The translations under genes and the position numbers were made by a program. Positions 7,595-16,602 of a stretch of 32,000 bases of DNA are shown here, one piece after another. Position 1 is the first letter of the stretch. Every line of letters begins with the position of its first letter. This stretch comes from Methanopyrus sp. SNP6 (GTDB lineage Archaea; JAADCQ01; Methanopyri; Methanopyrales; Methanopyraceae). The stretch spans positions 1,059,867 through 1,091,866 of the forward strand of contig NZ_CP019436.1 in assembly GCF_002201895.1 (NCBI RefSeq), in the 5' to 3' direction. Under the pieces are notes generated by a model, which worked only from the letters and a program-made list of their open reading frames with translations, searched no databases and was not told the DNA's origin.

Positions 7595-8899
7595 GTGGAC
7601 GTAGTGATCGGCGCGGGACCTGCCGGCCGCACCTACGCTATGATCCTCGCCGAAGCTGGGCGCGAAGTGTTGCTGCTTGACAGAAACGGAGAGGAAGGAA
7701 TCGGTGGTAAATGCCTGAACGAGGCATGTGTCGTACTCGGCGCGTTGATCGAAGCCGCTAGACTCGTCGTGTGGGCGAAGCTCGGTATTCCGGGAGTGGA
7801 GTTGGACGTCGGGGACACCGACTTCAGGCGTCTAACACGGTCCATAAGAAAAGTCGTAGAGACCATACGACAACGGCTGATCAAAGAGACCAAGAGAACC
7901 GGTGTTGAGATTCGTCGGGCTGAAGCAGTGAAGGTGGACGAATCGCTCAACGTCCACACCAAAGACGGTGACGTTCTCGAAGCCGATAGAGTGCTGATAG
8001 CCACTGGTTCCCGACCGGCGATTCCCGAAGTAGAAGGGATGGATTCGGACGCCGTATTCACTTTTCGGGAAATTTTAGAAATGGAAGTGCCCTCAGAGCT
8101 CTGCGTAGTCGGTGAAGGTGCGACGGCCCTTGAATCCGCCTTCGCTTTCGCTGCTCTCGGGTCCGAAGTAGTTCTGGCGTACAGGTCTAGGATACTACCG
8201 AATGCTCCGGAGGAAGTACGTCGAGAGATCCTCAAGGATCTGGAGCTCGTAGGTGTCAATGCCGTCTGTGCGGGAGAACTTAGGGCGATTCGGGAGACTT
8301 CCAGTGGTGTGGAATGTAGGTTTGAGCGCGGAGCCACCGTGGCGGACGCAGTTCTACTCGCCACCGGCCTCGAACCCAACTCTGATGTTGCTGCCAACTC
8401 CGGACTTCCCTTACGGAAGGACGGGTCCGTCGTGGTGGATGATAGTATGAGAACGTCACGTGATGGGGTCTACGCTGCAGGTGACGTGACAGGGCCTCCA
8501 TACCTGACTCCCGTTGCTCGGTACGAGGGAACGGTTGCCGCACTGAACGCGCTGGGCAAGGACGTCCGACGGGAGAATCCTCTAGCTCCTCGTGTGATCA
8601 GACTCTTCCGAGACTTCGGCCGACTGGAACTGAGGGGGATCGACTGGGAAGGCTCGCTCCCTGCACCGGTGGGTGGACCCGCGTTTTGGATGCTTCATCA
8701 TGGTATCGGTGGTAAGATGGTGTGCAGGAAGCGCGGAGTTACCACCGAGGCGTTCATTGTAGCACCCAGAATCGCACCGATGCTCCCGTACCCGTGCTGT
8801 GTGGAGCCTGACTGGCGGTTGATCGAGGTTCATCCTACTCCGGATCCTATGATTGGACTGCTCAAGCAGCTGGGGCTCCGTAGGACGCTCGGTGAATGA
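7595..8899 (+). CDS. FAD-dependent pyridine nucleotide-disulfide oxidoreductase (dihydrolipoamide dehydrogenase-like)
   Basis: GTG at 7595 behind GGGGGAG; VDVVIGAGPAGRTYAMILAEAGREVLLLD (FAD), GGKCLNEAC (CxxxxC), VVGEGATALESAFAFAALGSEVVLAYRS (NAD), GVYAAGDVTG, EVHPTPDP. Tracked ORF begins at 7571. Confidence 0.87.
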   Translation: MDVVIGAGPAGRTYAMILAEAGREVLLLDRNGEEGIGGKCLNEACVVLGALIEAARLVVWAKLGIPGVELDVGDTDFRRLTRSIRKVVETIRQRLIKETKRTGVEIRRAEAVKVDESLNVHTKDGDVLEADRVLIATGSRPAIPEVEGMDSDAVFTFREILEMEVPSELCVVGEGATALESAFAFAALGSEVVLAYRSRILPNAPEEVRREILKDLELVGVNAVCAGELRAIRETSSGVECRFERGATVADAVLLATGLEPNSDVAANSGLPLRKDGSVVVDDSMRTSRDGVYAAGDVTGPPYLTPVARYEGTVAALNALGKDVRRENPLAPRVIRLFRDFGRLELRGIDWEGSLPAPVGGPAFWMLHHGIGGKMVCRKRGVTTEAFIVAPRIAPMLPYPCCVEPDWRLIEVHPTPDPMIGLLKQLGLRRTLGE

Positions 8900-8900
8900 G

Positions 8901-10907
8901 TCATCTGATCTGCTCTCCGGGCTCCACTTCCCTCTTACTTTCGTCGATAGTCAACAATGCGGGTTCGTCCCCAACGGCCAGTATCATCGCTTCCGACCGT
9001 ACGCCAAACATCTCTTTGGGCTGGATGTTAGTTAGCACGACCACCTTACGTCCGACGAGTTCCTCCGGCTCATACGTAGGGTACAGTCCGGCTACTGCTG
9101 TTACGGTACGATCCCCGACATCGATCCGGAGCTTGATGAGTCGATCAGATCCCTCGATACGTTCCGCTTCTTTGACCTCGCCTACCCGCAGGTCCAATCG
9201 ATTGAACTCCTCGAGCGATACGTACTCATCGTCCGGCCCTTCGGACTCTCCTAATTCTTCCGGCAGTAACGCCTTAGCTTTCTGAAGGTCCTCCTCCGTT
9301 ACCTTCGGGAAGATGGGTTCAGGCTTCGGGATTTCCCTAGCTTCTACGTCCTTCAAGGCTTCTTCCCAATCGACATCATGTACGGAGTCCTCATAACCGA
9401 GGCTTTGCCACATCTTCTCCGCACTATCCGGAAGGAACGGGGCTAACATTATAGCTAGTGCTTTCACGATCCTAGCGCACCCACGTAGAACCTCGGCACA
9501 ACGCTCTGGATCTTCGTCCTTAAGTTTCCACGGTTCATGTTCTTGGAAATATTCGTTCCCAAACTTAGATAGACGTAATACTTCAGTGAGCGCCTCCCTG
9601 AATCGGAACTTCTCCAGATGTTTCGTCACGCGCCGGTGAGTTTCTTTTATCCTGTCGACTATCTCCTGGTCAGTCTCGGCTTCGGGGACGTTCCCGTCTA
9701 AGAATCTGTAAATGAACGATAGCGTGCGATACACGAAGTTGCCTAAGTTAGCCACTAACTCGTTGTTCACACGGTCTCGGAAGTCTTCCCATGAGAAATC
9801 TGCATCCCTAGTGAGAGGGCTTACCACTATGAGGTAGTATCGTAGTAGATCCGCGGGGAACAACTTAGTGAAGTCTCTAACCCACACTACCCAACCACGA
9901 CTTGTACTCATCTTCTCTCCTTCTAGGGTCAGATACTCACCAGCTACGATAGTGTATGGAAGAGTCGCTCCGACGCCAATGAGCATGGCTGGCCAGAACA
10001 GAGCGTGATGGATTATTATGTCCTTACCGATGAAGTGAACTATTTTCGTATCTTCACTAAACCAGTAGTCTTTCCAGTTCTGGCCTGTTCTATTACAGTA
10101 TTGTTTTGTGAACGTTACGTACCCTATAGGGGCATCGAACCAAACGTAAAACACCTTATCTTCGTATCTTTCCAGAGGAACGGGTACTCCCCAATCTAGA
10201 TCACGTACTATATCCCAATCCTTAAGTCCTTCACGGACCCATTGGATGGCGTAATTACGTACGTTCTTAGGTAGATTATCATTGGACTTTAACCACTTTT
10301 TCAGATCTTCCTCGAACTCACTGAGCTTGAAGAATAGGTGCATAGTGCGCCGGACCTCTGGCTTCGATCCACAAATGACACACCTCGGCTCTTTGAGCTG
10401 TACGGGCTCCAGGTAGCGACCGCAAGCCTCGCAATGGTCGCCTCGGGCACCTTCAGCACCGCAGTAGGGACATACTCCTTCGACGTACCTGTCCGGTAGA
10501 GGTCTTTCGCACTCAGGACAGTAGAGCTGTTCGACCTCTCTTTCCTCTATGTACCCCTCCTCGTATAATCTCTTGAAAAACCATTGTGTCATATCTACGT
10601 GGTCGGGATTGAATTCGCGACAGGTGCATGAGAACTCGTCGAAATGAATGTTCAATCGCTCTAGATCCTCTTCGATCATCTCATGATATTTTTCCACGAT
10701 TTCCTCGGGATCCTTCCCCTCGAGCTCGGCCTGTAGCGCTATAGGGACTCCGTGATTGTCAGTCCCACCGATGTGTATGGCGTCGACGCCACGCATTTTG
10801 AGGAACCTCGTGTACACATCTGCGGGAAGGTACGTACTCCTAACGTGGCCGATGTGGAGCGGGCCGTTAGTGTACGCCAGGGCCGTAGTTACGAGTACCT
10901 TCTCCAT
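8901..10907 (-). CDS. metG: Methionyl-tRNA synthetase
   Basis: Internal ATG at 10907 after GGGGGTAG; MEKVLVTTALAYTNGPLHIGH (HIGH), zinc knuckle cysteines, KMSTSRG motif, C-terminal tRNA-binding domain. Confidence 0.96.
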   Translation of the reverse strand: MEKVLVTTALAYTNGPLHIGHVRSTYLPADVYTRFLKMRGVDAIHIGGTDNHGVPIALQAELEGKDPEEIVEKYHEMIEEDLERLNIHFDEFSCTCREFNPDHVDMTQWFFKRLYEEGYIEEREVEQLYCPECERPLPDRYVEGVCPYCGAEGARGDHCEACGRYLEPVQLKEPRCVICGSKPEVRRTMHLFFKLSEFEEDLKKWLKSNDNLPKNVRNYAIQWVREGLKDWDIVRDLDWGVPVPLERYEDKVFYVWFDAPIGYVTFTKQYCNRTGQNWKDYWFSEDTKIVHFIGKDIIIHHALFWPAMLIGVGATLPYTIVAGEYLTLEGEKMSTSRGWVVWVRDFTKLFPADLLRYYLIVVSPLTRDADFSWEDFRDRVNNELVANLGNFVYRTLSFIYRFLDGNVPEAETDQEIVDRIKETHRRVTKHLEKFRFREALTEVLRLSKFGNEYFQEHEPWKLKDEDPERCAEVLRGCARIVKALAIMLAPFLPDSAEKMWQSLGYEDSVHDVDWEEALKDVEAREIPKPEPIFPKVTEEDLQKAKALLPEELGESEGPDDEYVSLEEFNRLDLRVGEVKEAERIEGSDRLIKLRIDVGDRTVTAVAGLYPTYEPEELVGRKVVVLTNIQPKEMFGVRSEAMILAVGDEPALLTIDESKREVEPGEQIR

Positions 10908-10912
10908 ACTGG

Positions 10913-12280
10913 CTACCCCCAAATGCACCGGGCTACGTCCGTGAACGTCACTATCCGAGACACGACCACCCCGTGGCGTCTCAACTGCTTCACCATAGAA
11001 GGTACGAGATTCACCTCGCGATCGACCTCGGCTCCCAGTTCGACCCGGTAGACGCTCCCCATCTTTTTGACGCCGAGGACTCCAACCACACCGCTTGTAG
11101 ACTTCAGGGATTCGGTTAAGTCGCGTGGGGAACCGTACAGGACTCGCAGCTCCAAGATGTACCCGCGAATTTTACGGACCTTCGCTTTGGGAACCCGTGG
11201 TTTGATGCCACACTTCGTTTTCACACAGGCCGTTACGCGGCCGCCGGTGACGCGGATAGAAACCGCTTCCACTCCCGGAATTCGCGACAGTTCGGCGAGT
11301 ACTTCCGCTGGGTTCCCGTCCGACACGTCGACTCGATAGTAATCGTGTTTCGATGCCATCCCTAACGTGGAGCGTAGCAGTTCCGCTACTGGGAGATGGG
11401 GCACGAGCATGCCGAGTAGGCATAACGATACCGCCAGTATGCCCCTTCGAGTGATCCTGTCGGTTGTGGATGGGAGCAGAGAGGATAGGAAAACCGTCCA
11501 GAGGTACGTCAACGTATGATACGTCGGTAGGTAGAACAGGACTTGGCGGAACGCGTCCAGACCTCCTAACACCCCGAGCGAGGTTATCGGTGGAGCGACG
11601 GTTCTGATCCTCGAAGCTAAGAATATCGACAGACCCACGACGGACGGGTTTGCCAACGGTCCGCCGTCCAAGCACCCGAAGCAGAGCAGGAACCCCGCAA
11701 TCGACAAGATGACGGCTTTTTCGGTCCGGTCGGATCGTAAAGGCACTATCCACGCTAGTACTACGTAAGCTATCGCCAGCAAGGCGAATACTGGAAGTGG
11801 TACCCACGGTGGTAGCACGGACGACAGGGGTATGCCGCAGTGGAATTCGATTTTAGGTTCTCCAAATATTGCCGAAATCAGCGTTCCGAGACACGCCTTC
11901 ACGGCGTGACAGTGGTAAAGGGAGGACGTCTCTGGGCGCTCCGTTAGCGTGACTATACAGGTGCCTAAGCCCGGGCTGAACCCGGCTTCATACGTCATCA
12001 GTATCTGGAGCACCGGAGGCACCGCTAGGATGGCCACTATCAGCGCGTACGTCACCCAAGTATCGATCTTCGGGAGGGGTATCCGTGAACGGTACGGGAG
12101 TACGAGGAAAAGCAGGCCGAGGTGTAGGAGAAACATGACGTCCTTAGCTTCAGTTGACCCTAATATTACTGGGTAGAGCGCATCGTGCACCCTCCATTTG
12201 ACCTCGGAGTCGGAGATCAGGACTACGGCGGCCAGTGTCAAACATGCGGCCGATAATAAAATCGGCCCACGGATTCTCAC
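10913..12280 (-). CDS. Uncharacterised polytopic membrane protein fused to a C-terminal alpha/beta domain, 455 aa
   Basis: Multiple hydrophobic spans; motifs GSTEAK, ETSSLYHCHAVKACLG, CLDGG; C-terminal domain ...GSVYRVELGAEVD... Paralogous to 12951..13802 plus 12334..12951. Confidence 0.75.
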   Translation of the reverse strand: MRIRGPILLSAACLTLAAVVLISDSEVKWRVHDALYPVILGSTEAKDVMFLLHLGLLFLVLPYRSRIPLPKIDTWVTYALIVAILAVPPVLQILMTYEAGFSPGLGTCIVTLTERPETSSLYHCHAVKACLGTLISAIFGEPKIEFHCGIPLSSVLPPWVPLPVFALLAIAYVVLAWIVPLRSDRTEKAVILSIAGFLLCFGCLDGGPLANPSVVGLSIFLASRIRTVAPPITSLGVLGGLDAFRQVLFYLPTYHTLTYLWTVFLSSLLPSTTDRITRRGILAVSLCLLGMLVPHLPVAELLRSTLGMASKHDYYRVDVSDGNPAEVLAELSRIPGVEAVSIRVTGGRVTACVKTKCGIKPRVPKAKVRKIRGYILELRVLYGSPRDLTESLKSTSGVVGVLGVKKMGSVYRVELGAEVDREVNLVPSMVKQLRRHGVVVSRIVTFTDVARCIWG

Positions 12281-12333
12281 CGTTGGTTTGCCCGTTATTC
12301 CGTCTTTCCCTACCGCCTATTAACGTTCCCCGG

Positions 12334-12951
12334 TCATAGAACGTATCCCCACTTTACCGGCGTCACGTTGGCGATCCCCACAGGCTTTAGACCGGCTATC
12401 TTCAGTGCGCCAGTAATCGAGTAAGCCACCGGGTACTCCTTCTCTAACGAGGCGACTTCGAATACGTACACCGAACCTCGGCGTTCCACTTTGAATACTG
12501 CGAGAATCGTCGGAGCACTCGCCACTTTGCGTGCAGCTACACTCGCCGGGATCTTCGGATCCTCCGTGGCAACTTCAACCACATAAGCGTTCACGGAGTT
12601 CAAGAATACTGCCGGTGCTTTTCCGAGACCCTCTTTCCTTAACGCCTGACTCAGTTCTTGCGTTAAATCGTACTTCGACACCGGAGTGGGCGCCTTCACT
12701 ATGATATACGCGTCACACGATGAAGGCGCTGTTCTAACTCCTCCCACCCTGATCACATAAGGACACTTAAGCAGTGCCCGTTTAACCTCCTCGGGCTTCA
12801 CCGACCCCTTGACGTTTGTAATCGCCACGTGATAACACCCGACTCTGGCTCCCTTTGAAGAGATCGACCACTGGTAAGCTATCACTCCCATCAACGCACC
12901 GATAGAGGCCGCCGAAATGAGTAGGACGGCTACGATTTTAGTCCTCAACAC
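12334..12951 (-). CDS. Uncharacterised protein with one N-terminal TM helix and a predicted extracytoplasmic alpha/beta domain
   Basis: GTG at 12951 overlaps the preceding TAG by 1 nt and has an SD (GGCAGGGGTGG). VLRTKIVAVLLISAASIGALMGVIAY then alpha/beta region with RGSVYVFEVASLEKEYPVAYSITGALKIAGLKPVGIANV similar to the 455-aa protein C-terminus. Tracked ORF extends to 13140. Confidence 0.7.
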   Translation of the reverse strand: MLRTKIVAVLLISAASIGALMGVIAYQWSISSKGARVGCYHVAITNVKGSVKPEEVKRALLKCPYVIRVGGVRTAPSSCDAYIIVKAPTPVSKYDLTQELSQALRKEGLGKAPAVFLNSVNAYVVEVATEDPKIPASVAARKVASAPTILAVFKVERRGSVYVFEVASLEKEYPVAYSITGALKIAGLKPVGIANVTPVKWGYVL

Positions 12952-13802
12952 TACCACCCCTGCCTCCTTGCGATCGCGGTCATCAGGAAGAGGGCCACCG
13001 CCCACACTACGGAGTATGGTGCTAATGGGGATGTTAGGTACCAAACTACACGAATCGTCGCCTGAAGGAGCATCGGTGTCAGGCCGATGAGGACGGCGAT
13101 GACCACGTATCGTCGTATGGGAAGCGGTCTTAACGTCCACACGATGAGCATTCCTAGTCCGATAACCATCGGTTTACACATGAACCCTCCATCTACTGCT
13201 CCGAGCACTACGAGAAATCCTGCCCACGAGAGTAGTAGCGATTCGACCGCACTCCCGCGCTTGAGGAACACAGCCAATGGTGATAGGATGGCTAAAACCA
13301 CGTATGATGCGATTACGACGGCGGTGAAGATTGTGGCGGCCCATGTGGGCATGAACTTAGACAGAACAGACCCATAGTGGTACTTAGTCGGAATCGGACC
13401 TATGATGTAGTTCATGATCTTCCCTACACACGCCTTGAGGGAGTGGGTGTGAACCAGCGAGGAGGTCTCACCGACCGACGATCCTCCGGATACGACGACC
13501 AAAGTACCAGCTTTCAGGCCGTACGGGGTGTTGTATTGTAGTATCATCTGGGCTAGGTAGGGACTAGTAATGATCAGAAGCGTAATACATAGTATCAGTC
13601 TCCTCGAAGCGAGGGTCTCGGTCCATCGACTCGGCATCGAGGGGAATGACCAAAGCAATAGGCACATCAGCCCGAGATGGGCTAGTAGTATAGCAGGTTT
13701 AGCCTCGGTGGATCCCGTTAGAAGTGGGTAGAAGAACTCCCTAAAGATTCCATCGAGAGGCGTATCGGTCAGAATAAGGGTGGCAGAGATCAAGAGTAAC
13801 AC
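12951..13802 (-). CDS. Uncharacterised polytopic membrane protein, 283 aa, paralogue of the N-terminal half of 10913..12280
   Basis: FYPLLTGSTEAKPAILLAHLGL, ETSSLVHTHSLKACVGKIMNYIIG, AGFLVVLGAVDGG..CKPMVIGL match the 455-aa protein. Confidence 0.75.
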   Translation of the reverse strand: MLLLISATLILTDTPLDGIFREFFYPLLTGSTEAKPAILLAHLGLMCLLLWSFPSMPSRWTETLASRRLILCITLLIITSPYLAQMILQYNTPYGLKAGTLVVVSGGSSVGETSSLVHTHSLKACVGKIMNYIIGPIPTKYHYGSVLSKFMPTWAATIFTAVVIASYVVLAILSPLAVFLKRGSAVESLLLSWAGFLVVLGAVDGGFMCKPMVIGLGMLIVWTLRPLPIRRYVVIAVLIGLTPMLLQATIRVVWYLTSPLAPYSVVWAVALFLMTAIARRQGW

Positions 13803-13824
13803 GATCGATGCGGCGAAGTAGGGA

Positions 13825-14796
13825 TTACTCGGCTTTGAAGATCTCTTCGACGATCTCCGCGACGGCGCTTCGCCCCCTTCTTATGAGCCACTCTCCGCGC
13901 GGCTTGCTGGCCATTTGGACGGCGTCCTCTGTACCGGAGCTTTCGCTTAAGTACATTACCGGTACGCCGGACTCTTCGGCGATCCAGTGACTCAAGTGCG
14001 TGGGATGCACTTCCGACACCTTCACGGCCTTCTTCGCCACCACACAGGCTTCTATCGTGACCCCGAACCCTCCGGTGAACACTACCGTATCGGCTAGCAT
14101 CATTACTCCGGGTAAATCTACGAATTCCCGAACGCACTCGAAGCCCTCTGGAGGACTTACCCTGAACGGCACCACCACGGGGTCGTGATCCTCGAGATCG
14201 AGGAGCAGTCGTCGAGCTCCTTCCTCCGTGATGTCGCCACCCAAGCATACCAGTACGCGACCTTCGTATTCTTCCGGTACGGGTCCCGGAATACGACCGG
14301 ATAGGTGACGATCCGCCAGGTACTGAGCTAACGGTGCCCCGGAAACCACCTTAGTTTCAACTCCTGCCCGTCGTTCTAGTACTTCCGCCCACCTTTCCGA
14401 GAAGGGCACCAGTACGTGTGTCGCCCATCGGACGGCCTCCACGGGGTTGTACACGTCCATCTCCAAGTGTACTGAAGGGATTCCAAGTATCCGAGACGCT
14501 ATCAGAGACTTCCTAGCGTCCCCGGTGTTACCGGATGAGAGTACCACTGAAGCACGCTCCGACGCCAGAGCCCGTACGGTCCGTATTAAGTCAACGGAGA
14601 ATCCTATATACCCCAGTAATCCTTGCCTCCTTCGGGGCTTTCCCAGCCGCTCCGTCTCGATACCTTCCCATTTTAGTACCTCGACACCACGTCCGTGCCC
14701 GTAGACTGTTACTTCCCACCCTTCCTCTAGGAGTCGCTCCCACACCGGGAGGAGGTTCTTGGCCGGAGACGGTTCTACGAGGCTGAAAACTTTCAT
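13825..14796 (-). CDS. MurG-like / GT-B-fold glycosyltransferase
   Basis: ATG at 14796: MKVFSLVEPSPAKNLLPVWERLLEEGWEVTVYGHG...; VLVCLGGD..., MMLADTVVFTGGFGVTIEACVVAKKAVKV resembles the GT-B donor-site region. Confidence 0.6.
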   Translation of the reverse strand: MKVFSLVEPSPAKNLLPVWERLLEEGWEVTVYGHGRGVEVLKWEGIETERLGKPRRRQGLLGYIGFSVDLIRTVRALASERASVVLSSGNTGDARKSLIASRILGIPSVHLEMDVYNPVEAVRWATHVLVPFSERWAEVLERRAGVETKVVSGAPLAQYLADRHLSGRIPGPVPEEYEGRVLVCLGGDITEEGARRLLLDLEDHDPVVVPFRVSPPEGFECVREFVDLPGVMMLADTVVFTGGFGVTIEACVVAKKAVKVSEVHPTHLSHWIAEESGVPVMYLSESSGTEDAVQMASKPRGEWLIRRGRSAVAEIVEEIFKAE

Positions 14797-14800
14797 CCGC

Positions 14801-15397
14801 TCACCCGCGTCGGAGTGTTCCTTTAGTTGATGGCACCCCGTCATCGACTACTTCCTTCGCTGCGCCGAGCGCGCGGCCTACAGCCTTAAACATGGCTTCG
14901 ATGGCGTGATGGTCGTTGTCCCACCACCGCACCGCCACGTGCATGGTTACACCGGCGTGATCGCAGAAGCTCTTCCAGAAGTGTGAGACGTTCTCCGTGG
15001 ACAATGGGGGACAACCGATTTTATCGCGTCGAGGTTGATACCCCCTTAGGACGAAGTAGGGCCTCCCGGAGATATCTACGGCACATTCCACCAGCGCTTC
15101 ATCCATGGGCACCAGCGCCCATGCGATTCGTCGGATACCCTCGCGATCTCCGAGTGCTTTGTTCAAAGCTTTACCCAAACATATACCGACGTCCTCGACG
15201 GTATGATGATCGTCGACCTCTAGGTCGCCTCGAGCTTTAATCTCAACATCTATGCGTCCGTGAAAGGCGAACTGGTGCAGGAGGTGGTCGAAAAACGGAA
15301 GACCGGTGTCGACCTTGGCGTGACCGGATCCGTCTAAGTTCACGCTCACCTCAACTTCCGTTTCCTTCGTCGTACGCTTGACATCCGCCGTCCGCAC
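14801..15397 (-). CDS. hisB: Imidazoleglycerol-phosphate dehydratase
   Basis: TGLPFFDHLLHQFAFHG, DDHHTVEDVGICLGKAL, STENVSHFWKSFCDHAGVTMHV, WDNDHHAIEAMFKAVGRAL. GTG at 15397 preferred over tracked start 15502. Confidence 0.96.
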   Translation of the reverse strand: MRTADVKRTTKETEVEVSVNLDGSGHAKVDTGLPFFDHLLHQFAFHGRIDVEIKARGDLEVDDHHTVEDVGICLGKALNKALGDREGIRRIAWALVPMDEALVECAVDISGRPYFVLRGYQPRRDKIGCPPLSTENVSHFWKSFCDHAGVTMHVAVRWWDNDHHAIEAMFKAVGRALGAAKEVVDDGVPSTKGTLRRG

Positions 15398-15470
15398 CGA
15401 GTCCACCCCATTGCAAACGTCGGTCGACGGCAGTAAATAACGCGAGTGTACGGCTCGATTTAGGGTCCTC

Positions 15471-15815
15471 ATGGAGAAGACGATCTCCATAGTCTGCATC
15501 ACCCTAGGTGCCGTGCTACTTTGGATGTCTTCCGGTACTTCTCATCAGGTGATCGGGGCTAGAGAGTTGCAGTCGACAGATGACGGAACATTAGTAAGGA
15601 TCAAAGGCGAGGTGATGCAGGTGAAGGCAGTGAGCGGCGGCGCGGAAGTTGTCATTCTAGACGCGGGGGACGGGACGGTGACTGTGTTCCTCAGTAGGGA
15701 GGCCGCAAGTACTTTGGCCCCGAGCCCCGGAGAATCGCTGGAAGTGGTAGGAAGAGTGGAAGAATATCGAGGGCGGAAGGAAGTCCGTGTGGATTCGTCA
15801 GTACGTGCTCGGTAA
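15471..15815 (+). CDS. Small exported or membrane-anchored OB-fold-like protein
   Basis: N-terminal hydrophobic segment ISIVCITLGAVLLWMSSG, then VRIKGEVMQVKAVSGGAEVVILDAGDGTVTVFLSREA...GESLEVVGRVEEYRGRKEVRV. Confidence 0.6.
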   Translation: MEKTISIVCITLGAVLLWMSSGTSHQVIGARELQSTDDGTLVRIKGEVMQVKAVSGGAEVVILDAGDGTVTVFLSREAASTLAPSPGESLEVVGRVEEYRGRKEVRVDSSVRAR

Positions 15816-16602
15816 GGCTCTCATCGTCGTGATCATCGCGACGCTGACGGTTCCGTATTTCGTGTTCTATGGTAAGCCGCGCGGTCCCGGGTACCCTACG
15901 GAGCTGTACGGGTATCGGATCGTACTGAAAGATCCGGCGCTCGCGGTGGTGGACGTGGAACCCAGACGGACCCTGCTGTTCAGGCACACGCTTACGGTGT
16001 CCGATGAGGGTTGGTCCGTGTATCCTGTTCTCGATATACCTCCACTGATACTCGTGCGCGCGGAGCGCATGGATGCCCTCGAAACGGTTAAGAGGAACCT
16101 GTGGGCGGTTGTACTGCAGGAGGGAGCTGGACGTGTGTTCATGCCCGACGAGTTCGTTGAGGGTGGTGTTCCGGGACTCATCACAGGCATAGCCGGCCAG
16201 GCTTGGGCCTGGAAACATCTGAAATGGGCCAGAGAGTTCGGAGTTATTCACGGGCTACGTCGGTACGCTAAGGAGGTAGGACCCGAGCGCGTTTCTACCG
16301 CTATCTTAAAAGAGTATAGGAAGGCACCGTGGCGGGCGGTCCTAGATTTCTGTTACATGATGAAGAACAGCGAAGTAGGGAGATTCCTACGCTCACGTGG
16401 GCTTTCCTTCAGGGATTTCCTCACCAGTAAAGATCCGAAACTAGTGGCGGAAGTCCTAGTCGTGTTGGACCTGGGGAGGCTTGACAAGCGAGTAGTTAAG
16501 GAAAGAATACGGTACGTGTTGGATGCAAGGGCTTACCCCATCCCTAAGCTGGAAGAAAAGATCATGGATAAGGCGGCGCATGAGCTGCTACATCATGGAT
16601 GA
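15787..16602 (+). CDS. Uncharacterised protein with one N-terminal TM segment, 271 aa
   Basis: Overlaps the upstream ORF by 29 nt in a co-directional pair; LGKALIVVIIATLTVPYFVFY. No family recognised. Confidence 0.6.
   Translation: MWIRQYVLGKALIVVIIATLTVPYFVFYGKPRGPGYPTELYGYRIVLKDPALAVVDVEPRRTLLFRHTLTVSDEGWSVYPVLDIPPLILVRAERMDALETVKRNLWAVVLQEGAGRVFMPDEFVEGGVPGLITGIAGQAWAWKHLKWAREFGVIHGLRRYAKEVGPERVSTAILKEYRKAPWRAVLDFCYMMKNSEVGRFLRSRGLSFRDFLTSKDPKLVAEVLVVLDLGRLDKRVVKERIRYVLDARAYPIPKLEEKIMDKAAHELLHHG

Noticed and set aside
8253-8833. Overlapping ORFs 8253..8450, 8280..8543, 8582..8833
   Set aside because: Fully inside the flavoprotein oxidoreductase gene or antisense to it.
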